DNA from: Hormoscilla sp.
Lineage (GTDB): Bacteria > Cyanobacteriota > Cyanobacteriia > Cyanobacteriales > Desertifilaceae
Direction: 5' to 3'
Assembly: GCA_051439505.1 (NCBI GenBank)
Contig: JBFRWI010000102.1
Span: 1-64,000, forward strand
DNA: 64,000 nt
Every line of letters begins with the position of its first letter. The stretch's first letter is position 1. Under the pieces are notes generated by a model. That model searched no databases, was not told the DNA's origin, and was given only the letters and a program-made list of their open reading frames with translations. Below, in pieces: positions 1-9,638 of the stretch. The translations under genes were made by a program, and so were the position numbers.

Positions 1-2
1 CC

Positions 3-401
3 CCTAGGGCGAGTGGGTTCCATCGGTTCGGTTCTCAACTTCCAGCAACTGTTGCTCCGGAGTGGGTGCCAGTAAGGGATATAGTTGGTAAAAATATTGG
101 GGATGTTCCTGGGAATGGGTCCGCCCGCTCGCAGGAAAAAACCCCACCAGGTATATTAGAAAAGCGGACGCGACCGTTGAGTGAAGTCCTCTCAAAGGAG
201 ACTATAAGGGCTGCAAGGGCGATGGCGCCTGTGGTTGTGGACCGAAAACCAGACGATGTCAGGAAGGTTGTGGGGGGAGATACACGGCCATCTCCCTCCT
301 CAACCCCCGCAACCGAGCATCTATCCCCCCAGCTCTCCTCCAACGTCGGTAATAAAAAAATTCACGTTCCAAGTCAGAAAATGGCTCGTAAGATCGTCTA
401 A
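3..401 (+). CDS. 3' part of a hypothetical Pro/Ser-rich ORF, open to the window edge
   Basis: The frame of ORF 66..401 stays open back to position 3; no recognisable motif. Confidence 0.3.
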   Translation, partial: PRASGFHRFGSQLPATVAPEWVPVRDIVGKNIGDVPGNGSARSQEKTPPGILEKRTRPLSEVLSKETIRAARAMAPVVVDRKPDDVRKVVGGDTRPSPSSTPATEHLSPQLSSNVGNKKIHVPSQKMARKIV

Positions 402-506
402 TAGATAGAGCAGATTTTTAGCTCCGGGTTTCCTAATTTCCTAGAGCCATTCATGCTGTTGAGGAAATTTCGTTTGCAGTTCAATCAATTTAACTGGATA
501 ATACCA

Positions 507-866
507 ATGAAATTCAAAAGCTTCATCTCGGCTATTGCTTCTATTGCCCTTTGCCTGGTTATGGTATTCGGGTTCTCTGTTGCTACAGCTTCCGCAGCAA
601 ATGTCACCCAAGGTTCTCCCTGTTTAGCAAACAACATTGCTGATAGCAAGGGTGGTAACTACATCGGTGAATGGCAGATTGCTAATTTAGCAGGATACGG
701 TCAGCCTTTGACCAAAGTTTGTGTGCGCGGAGAAGTGAAAGGTTACAACGTGGCTGATTTCGAGGAAGGCGCTCCTTGCTATGTGAAGTGGGCTGATGGT
801 CCCTCTTTTCTGGGTAGCCTTTTCTACGATGGAGAATACAAGGCATATGGCTGCACATCTAACTAG
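507..866 (+). CDS. Small secreted Cys-containing hypothetical protein (119 aa)
   Basis: MKFKSF... Sec-type signal peptide ending ASA-A; 4 Cys in the mature part; internal G[SA]PC...G..[YF][IL]G...C duplication. Confidence 0.75.
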   Translation: MKFKSFISAIASIALCLVMVFGFSVATASAANVTQGSPCLANNIADSKGGNYIGEWQIANLAGYGQPLTKVCVRGEVKGYNVADFEEGAPCYVKWADGPSFLGSLFYDGEYKAYGCTSN

Positions 867-924
867 CCCGATTTTACCGCTCTAGCGCTAAGACATAACT
901 AACTTAGATGGTTTCTTGAAAGGT

Positions 925-953
925 AGGGTGCGTCCGCTTTGTGGACGCACCCT
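925..953. repeat. Hairpin (REP-like or terminator)
   Basis: AGGGTGCGTCC-loop-GGACGCACCCT perfect 11-bp stem downstream of 507..866. Confidence 0.55.
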
Positions 954-1466
954 CATTGTTTCTTTTGCTCGTCATACCGAAAAACCTGCTTGATGAAAAA
1001 AAGCTCGCCCTTACTACCCCGCCAACACCGGCGCTGATTCCCCAGTGACAAACTTCTGATAATCCGCACTCAACCACTCCGGCAGTTAACTGACATCCTG
1101 AACTTGCAACTGCCCCCGCCGACAATACAACATCGCCGCCAACAAGTGATTGATTGCTTTGGGCGCGCCTGAATACCTTTTCCGGCGTTGCATATTTTGG
1201 GGATGATATCATTTTTGGCACATAACTGAAAGTGGCTTATACTCTAGTTTTCAAACCTTTGCAAATATGCCCATTGACACTCCACTTCTGAGTCATAGCT
1301 ACAAAAGGCGATCGCTCTCCAAAGCGATCGCCTTTCGCAACAGAGAACGGGTAAAGTGGAAGTCAATCTTGGGAAAAGACTGGGGTTGATATGGCACCAA
1401 GCCTGTTTCTTATCATAACCGGTGAAGAATGCGCTCGCCCCTTGACTCCGGTATCGGCGATCGTCT

Positions 1467-1605
1467 CTAAATCAACCATATTTCGCTGGGGTGTCCGACC
1501 TTAGAAATTATCAGGACTTTTTCTTCATTAATCAAGTCATAAATTACTCGATAATCCCCCACTCTGAGCTTATAGTAACCTGCCAGATTACCGGTCAATT
1601 GCTCC
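1467..1605 (-). pseudogene. C-terminal remnant of a RelE/ParE-family toxin
   Basis: Manual translation EQLTGNLAGYYKLRVGDYRVIYDLINEEKVLIISKVGH...; the KLRVGDYRVIY motif is typical of RelE/StbE; N-terminal half absent. Confidence 0.8.
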
Positions 1606-1784
1606 CACAGGCTGTATGCAAACCTCGAAACCTTTGCTCCATAAGGCTTTCAAGATTGTAAAGAATTATGTGAGTAATGGTAAGCCTAAAAAAGGGGGGG
1701 CAAGTTACTCCCCCCCAACGGATACAACGGATACGGGGGGGCTGGGGGGCTCGGCCCACTACCGGTTCGAGTCGCTCATCTACT

Positions 1785-1809
1785 CTATCAACTACTTTTG
1801 ACCACACCC
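1785..1809. mobile_element. Orphan MITE/IS terminus (CAACTACTTTTGACCACACCC)
   Basis: Matches the ends of the MITEs at 1879 and 38925; no partner end seen. Confidence 0.7.
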
Positions 1810-1878
1810 CTACTAATCTGATAATCCCTTCGATCGCTATGGGCGATGACCGGCGGGCGATCGCCATTTCTTCGGTAT

Positions 1879-2028
1879 GGGTGTGGTCAAAAACAGTTGA
1901 TCGTTCGGGCGGCCCTCCCAGTCGCCGGATCCCCCCAAACCCCCCTTACAAAGGGGGGCTTCCTGCGCCCCCCCTTTTGGAAGGGGGGGTTTGGGGGGGA
2001 TCCTCTACAACTACTTTTGACCACACCC
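1879..2028. mobile_element. 150-bp MITE of the GGGTGTGGTCAAAA family
   Basis: Terminal inverted repeats GGGTGTGGTCAAAA / TTTTGACCACACCC; 9-bp target duplication CTTCGGTAT at 1870-1878 and 2029-2037. Confidence 0.9.
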
Positions 2029-2250
2029 CTTCGGTATTGGTGGTAAGTTGTGTGAAGTCAATCTTGGGAAAATACTGCGGTTGATATCGCACCAAACTGG
2101 TTCTTGCCGCTGGTGGGCGGCGCCGGCGGTGCCCTCATTCTTTTGGCACTTCTGAGTCATACAGCAAAGGCGATCGCTCTCAAAAACGCGATCGCCTTTG
2201 CTATTGCTGCTCAGCCGTCCAAACCTGCTTGATAAAAAAAGCTCGCTTAC

Positions 2251-2640
2251 CCAAGGCGGTCAGATCATCCGACCAAGGCGGTCAGATCATCCGACCAAGG
2301 CGGTTAGATCATCCGACCAAGGCAGTCAGATCGTCCGACCAAGGCTGTCAGACCATCCGACCAAGGCTGTCAGACCGTCCGACCAAGGCTGTCAGACCAT
2401 CGGACTGCGGTGGGGAGATCCTCGGACTGCGGTGGGGAGATCCTCGGACTACGGCGGGGAGATCCTCGGACTGCGGCGGGGAGATCCTCGGACTGCGGCG
2501 GTCAGACCATCCGACCAAGGCTGTCAGATCATCCGACCAAGGCGGTGAGACCATCCGACCAAGGCGGGGAGACCGTCCGACCAAGGCTGTCAGACCATCC
2601 GATCAAGGCTGTCAGACCATCCGACCAAGGCGGGGAGACC
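2251..2640. repeat. Tandem array of ~18 imperfect 22-bp units
   Basis: Units CCAAGGCKGTCAGAYCATCCGA start at 2251, 2273, 2295...; central block of variant CGGACTGCGGYGGGGAGATCCT. Confidence 0.95.
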
Positions 2641-2652
2641 GGATCGCCCATC

Positions 2653-3345
2653 CTATTCCTGAACCAGAACTTCCGTATAAACCGTTTCCCGTAAATGATT
2701 ACCGAACTTCGCCCGCACGATTAACCGTTGAGGTCCCGTAAGCTCCGCCGGCAATAAAACCGTCAAAGTGCCCTCAGTATTATCAATATACTGAGCGACT
2801 CTAACCTCGCTGCCGCCTGCTTCCGGTCGGAAAAACACGCCTGTGTCCGTATCCTCAACCACCACCTTCAGGTCTTCTCCGCTCACCCGTAACACGTTGC
2901 CAGGAGTATAGCTGTCGAGATTATTAGTTCTAGTATTGCGCACCGCTTCAATCTTGGGAACGCGATCGCCATCTATCCCCGTCCGTTCTAAAGTCAAGTT
3001 AGCCCGAAACTCCCTTTGAACCGAACCCGCCGGGTAAAGTCTCATATGGGGGTCGAGATCGTCTGCGCTCAAATGTTGCTGGGGGTCATCTATAGAACCG
3101 CCAGAAGTGAGACCCAAACGAAATAAATCTAGAATGGTCTCGCTGGGTCGTCCGTTACGGGCGGTATCGATTAAAATGCTGCGAGCCTGCGCGAATATAC
3201 TCTTAATATCCCCGAATCCCATGGAAGAAGATTCTTGTATCCTGAGCATAAACTCCTCTTCAGTTAACGGAGTTCCCAAGTCCGGTCTCGTGGTATAAGG
3301 AGACGTACCGACGGTTTTTTTGACTACTTTATATCTAAAAGCCAT
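2653..3345 (-). CDS. HU-like DNA-binding domain plus DUF4469 (Ig-like) protein
   Basis: N-terminal HU/IHF-like helices then beta-arm; C-terminal TPGNVLRVSGEDLKV...DTGVFF...NTEGTLTVLLP...LRE pattern as in DUF4469. Confidence 0.75.
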   Translation of the reverse strand: MAFRYKVVKKTVGTSPYTTRPDLGTPLTEEEFMLRIQESSSMGFGDIKSIFAQARSILIDTARNGRPSETILDLFRLGLTSGGSIDDPQQHLSADDLDPHMRLYPAGSVQREFRANLTLERTGIDGDRVPKIEAVRNTRTNNLDSYTPGNVLRVSGEDLKVVVEDTDTGVFFRPEAGGSEVRVAQYIDNTEGTLTVLLPAELTGPQRLIVRAKFGNHLRETVYTEVLVQE

Positions 3346-3399
3346 ACTTTTCTCTCCAGCAAGTTATATCATGTCGGGTTGAATGCCCGCAGTGCCCGT

Positions 3400-4326
3400 C
3401 TACATATTATCGCTCACTATCTGCTCTAAAGCCGGTTTCACGGTAGGATATTGATACTCAAAACCAGAGTCGGTGATGCGTTGGGGCAAAACCTGTTGGC
3501 CTTCCAAAACTACCTTGGCCCCATCTCCTAATAATAACTCTAAGGCTATGTTGGGCACCGGCAACCAGGAAGGTCGTCTCAAGACTTCTCCTAGATGCTG
3601 AGATAATTCAGACATTCGGACTGGGTTGGGTGCAGTAGCGTTGAATACTCCTTCAACTTCCCGACGATCTAGGGAAAACAAAATTAGGTTAACCACGTCC
3701 TCTCGGTGGATCCAGGAAAACCACTGACGACCGGTGCCGATGGGACCGCCGACAAACATTCTGAAGGCGGGTAGCATTTTGGCGATCGCCCCTCCCATAG
3801 CCAGGACAATGCCCAGGCGCAGAATCACCAGTCGCACCCCAGCATCGCGTACCTTAGTGGCTTCCGCTTCCCATTGAATACAGACATTTGCCAGAAAATC
3901 ATCACCCGCTGCACTGCTTTCGACAAAAGTGGCCGTTTCGCTCGTGCCATAGTAGCCGATCGCGGAAGCATTTACCAAGACTTGGGGCTTGGGGTCCGCC
4001 TGGGATATGGCTTCGACTATCTTTGCAGTGCCAATTTTGCGACTATCTACGATCGACTGCTGGTATTGTGGGGTCCAGCGTTCGGCAATGGGCGCACCGG
4101 CGAGGTTGACTACCGCGTCACAGCCCGCGATCGCCCCTTGCCAGTCTCCTGATACCGTGGGAGTATAGGTGACAATTTCCAAATTCCCGAAAGCGGTAGG
4201 AGGAAAGACACGTTTAGCTCTGGTGCCGTCGCGACTGAGAACCAGTATTTGCTCTCCTCGTGCATGCAGACGCTCTACTAACCGACTACCGACAAATCCC
4301 GTCGCACCTGTAATTGCTACTTTCAT
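3400..4326 (-). CDS. TIGR01777 family NAD-dependent epimerase (ThyD/YfcH-like)
   Basis: MKVAITGATGFVG Rossmann motif, VVNLAG, ASAIGYYG, QWFSWIHREDVV; start set at ATG 4326 because the upstream extension runs into a repeat. Confidence 0.92.
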   Translation of the reverse strand: MKVAITGATGFVGSRLVERLHARGEQILVLSRDGTRAKRVFPPTAFGNLEIVTYTPTVSGDWQGAIAGCDAVVNLAGAPIAERWTPQYQQSIVDSRKIGTAKIVEAISQADPKPQVLVNASAIGYYGTSETATFVESSAAGDDFLANVCIQWEAEATKVRDAGVRLVILRLGIVLAMGGAIAKMLPAFRMFVGGPIGTGRQWFSWIHREDVVNLILFSLDRREVEGVFNATAPNPVRMSELSQHLGEVLRRPSWLPVPNIALELLLGDGAKVVLEGQQVLPQRITDSGFEYQYPTVKPALEQIVSDNM

Positions 4327-4404
4327 ATATGTCACCTCCACTCGCTCTAGTTTACAGCACTCCGGGCAATACTTCTCAGTTAAGCACATGGCGGGTGGGA
4401 TATT

Positions 4405-4645
4405 TGTCATTGCGAGGGGGGGGGTACGCAGGGATTAACTTATGCATCAATTGAGATAACCCCCCCCGTAGCGCTCCTGCGTCGCGCACTTCGTAAAAGC
4501 GTAGCGGCCCGACGCAGGAGGGCTAGCAATCCCCCCGTCGGTGCATGAGATGAACAGCACTTCGGCGTCGGAGGTGAGATTGCTTCGGGGGGATCCTAAC
4601 CGTAAGCCCTAAAATGTCGGTAGGGGCTGCCCCCTCGCAATGACA
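4405..4645. repeat. Nested palindromic element TGTCATTGCGAG...CTCGCAATGACA
   Basis: Terminal inverted repeat with inner GCAATC/GATTGC arms; partial copies near 19872, 26161 and 33916. Confidence 0.8.
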
Positions 4646-4762
4646 GATTATTAACCGAGAAGTTTTGGGAAAAACCTGGTTTCTTAATCTGGTGTCGATC
4701 TTGCGGGGTAAGATATTGAATGCTGTTCATCGCAGATCGAGAAAGAGGAGATCTAAGAAAAT

Positions 4763-5677
4763 ATGTGGAAAAAATGGGTAATCCCTGCGATCGTCGCCCT
4801 TATCGGGCCCTGGATGCTGCTCGTTCAGATCGCCATGGCCGACAGTCTTACTTGTCCTCGGGGGTTGCTGCCTGTGGAAAACGCCTGTACTGCTACAGAT
4901 TACATGTCATTTGACTACACCCCCATCATGAACGCCAAAGCGGAGGAATTTCTCAAAGAAATCAAAGCGCGGCAGCTTAACGTAGTGACGGCAGAATCTC
5001 TGACTAGCGGCATGATCGTCTCAACCCTGGTCAACATTCCCCTCTATGGATCCTACATCTACGGCGGATTTTCTACTTATGATAGTGATGCCAAGCGCAA
5101 GATGATCGGGGTGAAAAAAGGCAATGTTTACACCGAAACCACCGCTCGTCAGATGGCAGCAGGTGCCCTGGAAAATAGTCGGGCGATGGTCTCTATAGCT
5201 GTAACTGGCCATGCTGGACCAGTGGATAAGAATAAGTTGGAAGATCTCGGCGTGGTGGATGCTGCGGTTTTCATTCGCACCAAAACTCCTACTCAAGACG
5301 ATCGGACTACCAACCAGGCGATCGCCTTCAACACCAGGCACCGCCACCTGGAACTCTGCGATGGCGATGGACAACCGATGACGGAAATCTTGTGTACACA
5401 ATATCGATCGGAAGCTTCATCAGATCCTAACGGATATGTTTCCGCTCCCACCTTGTCCCTGACGCGCAAATTGATTCGGCAAAATGTGGTAATATCAGCC
5501 TTGGATCTGGCGATCGAACATCTCAGGGACTTTAACTGTGAAAGCGACGGCAACATCGTCACCTGTCGCAGTCTTGACTCCATGTGCCCAGAACGCTATG
5601 ATGGTCGTTACACCAAGTTCAACGAACCGACTTGGGTGATCGAACAACATACAGAGCCCTGCATAGTAAAGCGGTAA
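4763..5677 (+). CDS. CinA C-terminal/PncC (NMN deamidase)-like protein with signal peptide and Cys-rich extensions
   Basis: VTAESLTSG, TYDSDAKRKMIGV, ARQMAAGAL, SIAVTGHAGP motifs; N-terminal MWKKW-hydrophobic-AMA. Confidence 0.8.
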   Translation: MWKKWVIPAIVALIGPWMLLVQIAMADSLTCPRGLLPVENACTATDYMSFDYTPIMNAKAEEFLKEIKARQLNVVTAESLTSGMIVSTLVNIPLYGSYIYGGFSTYDSDAKRKMIGVKKGNVYTETTARQMAAGALENSRAMVSIAVTGHAGPVDKNKLEDLGVVDAAVFIRTKTPTQDDRTTNQAIAFNTRHRHLELCDGDGQPMTEILCTQYRSEASSDPNGYVSAPTLSLTRKLIRQNVVISALDLAIEHLRDFNCESDGNIVTCRSLDSMCPERYDGRYTKFNEPTWVIEQHTEPCIVKR

Positions 5678-5817
5678 TAATTTCAATATCGTAGGTTGGG
5701 TTGAGGCACGAAACCCAACGGGGTAGGGCTGTTGGGTTTCGCTGGCTACCATATGCTGGCTGCTGCCCGATTGTAGTAAGCTTAATTTTAATCAATCGCG
5801 AATATTGTGATAGTCCA

Positions 5818-6507
5818 GTGCCATTATCTGCTTCTGTTATTGCCTTAGAGTTAAAACTTGCCGTCGTAGCAGTCTGGTTGGGAGTCCTGTTCCTGCTAGC
5901 CGCGTGGCTACATCGCAACACCCAGACCGATGCCGAACTCGTCCGCAAGGTGGTTCACATTGGTTCGGGTAATGTAATTTTGCTAGCCTGGTGGCTGGCC
6001 ATACCTGCTTGGATCGGGATTTCGGCCTCGATCGTATTTAGTGCCATTACCGCCACCTCCTACTTCGTGCCCATTCTACCAGGTATCGACAGTGTGGGAC
6101 GGCAAAGCTGGGGGACATTTTTCTATGCTGTCAGCATCGGATTGTTAATTGCGGCATTTTGGCCCTTGGAACAACCTCAATATGCCGCCTTGGGAATCTT
6201 GATGATGACCTGGGGAGATGGTTTAGCGGCCCTGATCGGTCAGCGATATGGGCGTCATCAATATTATATCTGGGGGATAAAAAAGAGTTGGGAGGGTTCG
6301 CTCACGATGTTCGCAGTTTGCTATCTTATCTGTAGCCTGATTTTCCTGGGAGTCTATGGCAATCTCTGGCAAACCTGGCTGGTGAGTTTAGTTGTGGCTG
6401 TGGTGGCTACGGGTTTGGAAGCTTTCTCTAAATTTGGGATTGATAATTTGACCGTACCCTTGGGGAGTGCCGCCGTGGCTTTTGCCTTGATGCAGATGGC
6501 GCTATAA
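5818..6507 (+). CDS. Phytol kinase-like (VTE5/SEC59/DGK1 family) membrane protein
   Basis: ELVRKVVHIG, WGDGLAALIG, KKSWEGS, GIDNLTVP; start uncertain. Confidence 0.9.
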   Translation: MPLSASVIALELKLAVVAVWLGVLFLLAAWLHRNTQTDAELVRKVVHIGSGNVILLAWWLAIPAWIGISASIVFSAITATSYFVPILPGIDSVGRQSWGTFFYAVSIGLLIAAFWPLEQPQYAALGILMMTWGDGLAALIGQRYGRHQYYIWGIKKSWEGSLTMFAVCYLICSLIFLGVYGNLWQTWLVSLVVAVVATGLEAFSKFGIDNLTVPLGSAAVAFALMQMAL

Positions 6508-6522
6508 TTCCCATAAAAATTC

Positions 6523-7260
6523 CTATCTTAATCCTTGTTGTCGCAAAAGGGCATTTGCCCAAGCTGCATCTGTTGGGGATAAGCGCGGCACGGGTTCTTG
6601 AGAGTAATCTAGTTTCAAGTCGTAGCTACCAATGTCATATATGCCAGTTAATAAATCTCGTAAGGATATAACTGGTTCGGTATCTTCTGCACGCAATGGC
6701 AAGGGAAACGATGGAATTTGATTTTGCAGGTTAAATGCATATAAATATGCTTGGGGACGCTGTTGACCGCGACTAACTAAAATTCGATAGTCACTTTTGA
6801 TTCCTTTATTGACAATTGGCATCGGTTTTCCCGATCGCCGTAAATCTATTTCCACAAAATTCGTCGAACTTCCCAATATCTGCTCGCGTTTCGTGAGATA
6901 AGCATCTCGTCCTTTTCCCATTATTTTATTAACAGGAGATAAGACTTCAATGCTAGTGACAACTTTCTTGGTTGCCACCTCCTTAATTTCCAAATAACCT
7001 TGCCGAAGCGTTATGGGTACTGGTAGCATTACTTTTATTGGTTCTGTTGGGTCTGTCGCCACTGCAACTGTTTTCTGACTGTCAAGTAGATATTCTTCGT
7101 CGCTGGTTTCATACATTCTTACTTCTACCGAAACTACATATTTCGGACGCAGTTGAGGAGATAATGATTGCGCGCTCGCAGTTATTAAAAAATGATGAAC
7201 TCCCGGCCATAAATCTGGATGTTCTAAATAGGGATCCATGCCTGGAAATGGGGATGGCAT
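6523..7260 (-). CDS. DUF4058 family protein
   Basis: MPSPFPGMDPYLE start, IEVLSPVNK, VEIDL; paralog of 27682..28467. Confidence 0.9.
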   Translation of the reverse strand: MPSPFPGMDPYLEHPDLWPGVHHFLITASAQSLSPQLRPKYVVSVEVRMYETSDEEYLLDSQKTVAVATDPTEPIKVMLPVPITLRQGYLEIKEVATKKVVTSIEVLSPVNKIMGKGRDAYLTKREQILGSSTNFVEIDLRRSGKPMPIVNKGIKSDYRILVSRGQQRPQAYLYAFNLQNQIPSFPLPLRAEDTEPVISLRDLLTGIYDIGSYDLKLDYSQEPVPRLSPTDAAWANALLRQQGLR

Positions 7261-7358
7261 TAGTTTTCCTCCTGATGGGTTAAGTCTAGCAACTATTATA
7301 TCTTACTACGAGATTCTCCGCTTGTCAACTTGGGAAGGGCGATCGCCCCCGTGAGTGG

Positions 7359-7502
7359 GGGTGTGGTCAAAAACCGTTGGTGCGGGGAGACCTCCCGTGG
7401 GGGCAGAAACCGGGTTTCTATGGAAATGGCTGCTTTTTGCCTCTAAATTTATCTCAGAAACCCGGTTTCTTGTCTGTTGGCTATCAACTACTTGTGACCA
7501 CA
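7359..7502. mobile_element. Degenerate MITE of the GGGTGTGGTCAAAA family
   Basis: Left end GGGTGTGGTCAAAAACCGTTGG; right end CAACTACTTGTGACCACA lacks the terminal CCC; flanking GTGAGTGG duplicated. Confidence 0.8.
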
Positions 7503-7520
7503 GTGAGTGGGGCCACGACA

Positions 7521-8129
7521 TCAGTCTTCTACTTCCCTTTCTTCCTCCTCGAACTGAACATTCTTGTAAAGATCCTTTAAGGATATTTCAAACTCAACGG
7601 ATACTAGAGATAAAACCGACTCTTCTGATTCTAAGTAACGAATTAACCAGTTGCCATCATCGGTTTTAAGATAATGTTCTACCTCAAACCTGTATTGGTC
7701 GATCGTGATATATTCCTGAAAAGAGGGAAGCGATCGATAGAGTCGAAATTTATCTCCTCGATCGTAATTGCGGGTTGACTTGGATAGCACTTCCACAATG
7801 ACGGCAGGATTGGTCACCGTATCTTTGCGGTTATCGTGGTAGGCAATATCCTCACAGATAATTTGCAGGTCCGGGTAGGTGTAGCGGCGATAAGCAGGGA
7901 TCCAGAGGCGAACATCACCGATAAAAAAACTCGTTTTTTTGCCCTGAAGCGCCAAATTTAAAGACGTCACTAAATTGATCGCAATGCGATTATGATTCGT
8001 GGTGCCGCCAGTCATGGGTACAATTTCTCCATTGTGGTATTCGTGTTTGATTTCCGACTTCTCCTCCAAGGCAAAATATTCTTCTGCACTGTAGGTGCGG
8101 GGCTTTGTTTGCGCTAACATGCTTGACAT
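7521..8129 (-). CDS. Uma2 family endonuclease
   Basis: KHEYHNGEIVPMTGGTTNHN, YTYPD, VEVLSKST..YDRGDKF. Confidence 0.93.
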   Translation of the reverse strand: MSSMLAQTKPRTYSAEEYFALEEKSEIKHEYHNGEIVPMTGGTTNHNRIAINLVTSLNLALQGKKTSFFIGDVRLWIPAYRRYTYPDLQIICEDIAYHDNRKDTVTNPAVIVEVLSKSTRNYDRGDKFRLYRSLPSFQEYITIDQYRFEVEHYLKTDDGNWLIRYLESEESVLSLVSVEFEISLKDLYKNVQFEEEEREVED

Positions 8130-8171
8130 CCTGGTTCCTATTGCATCTGACTTCTATGATAAATGAATCGC

Positions 8172-9467
8172 CTACTCGATCGGGATGGCAATGATAAACT
8201 CGGTTCCTTTGCCCAATTTAGAATTACAGGTGATGGTGCCGCCATGTTTTTCTTCGACTATCTGGCGGGCGATCGCCATTCCCAAACCCGTGCCCTTACC
8301 CACCGCTTTGGTAGTAAATCCCGACTCAAACATTTTACGTCTCACCTCATCTGTCATGCCAACTCCATTATCTCTAATGCGCGCGATCGCCTTTCCGTAC
8401 TTTACCTCGGTCATAATCATAATTTTCTTCTTGTTTCGCTCTTCACTTCCCATATTTGCTTCTTCTAAAGCATCGATCGCATTAGCTAAGATATTCATAA
8501 ACACTTGGTTCAATGGTCCCGGAAAGCCGAACACTGGGGGGACATCGCCATATTTTTTGATTATTTCAATAGCGGAACGTTTTTCTTTAGCTTTGAGTTT
8601 GTATTTCAAGATCATTAGCGTACTGTCAATGCCTTCATGAAGATTAAATTTCACCTTCGCAACAGTATCGCTACGAGAAAATATTCTCATGGAGGTACTG
8701 ATGTCGCGAATGCGTTCCACTCCCGAATGCATAGATGCTATCACCTTGGGTAAATCCTCTTCGAGAAATTCCAAATCTGCCTCCTCGATCGCTTCTAAAA
8801 GATTCTCACTGGGTCGATCGACTTCCTGTTGATAAAGTTTGAGAATCTGGAACATGTCTCGAATGTATCCTTGCGCTGCATCAACATTTCCAGAGATAAA
8901 AGTCAGAGGGTTGTTGATTTCGTGGGCAACTCCCGCGGCCAGATTACCCAAACTTGCCATTTTTTCCTGCTGCACGAGTTGAGCAGTTCGTTCTGCCACT
9001 TGTTTTTCCAGCCGTTGATTGTGTTCTTCCAGTTGCTTGGTCAAAGCACGGAGTTGATAATGAATGCTAACTCTGGCTAATACTTCTTCTGTTTGAAAGG
9101 GTTTGGTAATATAGTCTACCGCCCCAAGGGATAGTCCTTTAACTTTATCCACTGTATCCGACAGAGCGGTCATAAAAATGACGGGAATATCGATTGTTTC
9201 GGAATCTTCCTTGAGCCTTTTGCAAGTTTCAAAGCCATCCATCACTGGCATCATCACATCTAATAATATCAGAGCTGGAGGAGTATGCTTGACTTGTTTG
9301 AGGGCAATTTCCCCATTTTTGGCTATTGCTACCGTCCACCCCGCATTTTTCAGCGCCTGAGAGAGGAATTTCAAGTTATTCGAGTTATCATCCACAATCA
9401 GAATGGGTGCTTGTAACAATTTCGGAATGTTTTTCATTTTTAGATCTCCCTTGTCTATTATAGGCAC
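8172..9467 (-). CDS. Hybrid response regulator receiver / histidine kinase
   Basis: ILIVDD, LLDVMMP, DYITKPF; H-box AHEINNPL; N, G1 and G2 boxes; start may be ATG 9437. Confidence 0.93.
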   Translation of the reverse strand: MPIIDKGDLKMKNIPKLLQAPILIVDDNSNNLKFLSQALKNAGWTVAIAKNGEIALKQVKHTPPALILLDVMMPVMDGFETCKRLKEDSETIDIPVIFMTALSDTVDKVKGLSLGAVDYITKPFQTEEVLARVSIHYQLRALTKQLEEHNQRLEKQVAERTAQLVQQEKMASLGNLAAGVAHEINNPLTFISGNVDAAQGYIRDMFQILKLYQQEVDRPSENLLEAIEEADLEFLEEDLPKVIASMHSGVERIRDISTSMRIFSRSDTVAKVKFNLHEGIDSTLMILKYKLKAKEKRSAIEIIKKYGDVPPVFGFPGPLNQVFMNILANAIDALEEANMGSEERNKKKIMIMTEVKYGKAIARIRDNGVGMTDEVRRKMFESGFTTKAVGKGTGLGMAIARQIVEEKHGGTITCNSKLGKGTEFIIAIPIE

Positions 9468-9638
9468 ATTTCTCCCTGCTCGGGTGCTCCCTGCTCCCTG
9501 GTCGGGTGCTCAGCTCCGAAGCACGACTCCTGCACGACTTACTATAGGTAGGTTAGGGCGCGAGTGCCATATGCCAATAGTATGAACAAGGGCGATCGAT
9601 TGCGCCTAACCCACCCACAGGGTTAAGGAGTAAAGGGA

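Noticed and set aside
1735..1780. tRNA-like GGTTCGAGTC
   Set aside because: No T-stem pairing, cloverleaf or acceptor stem
981..2250. Diversity-generating retroelement TR/VR pair
   Set aside because: Differences between copies are not adenine-specific, and there is no reverse transcriptase or CLec-type target in the window
2198..2741. Overlapping repetitive ORFs in several frames
   Set aside because: Artefacts of the 22-bp array; the same peptide cycles through all three frames
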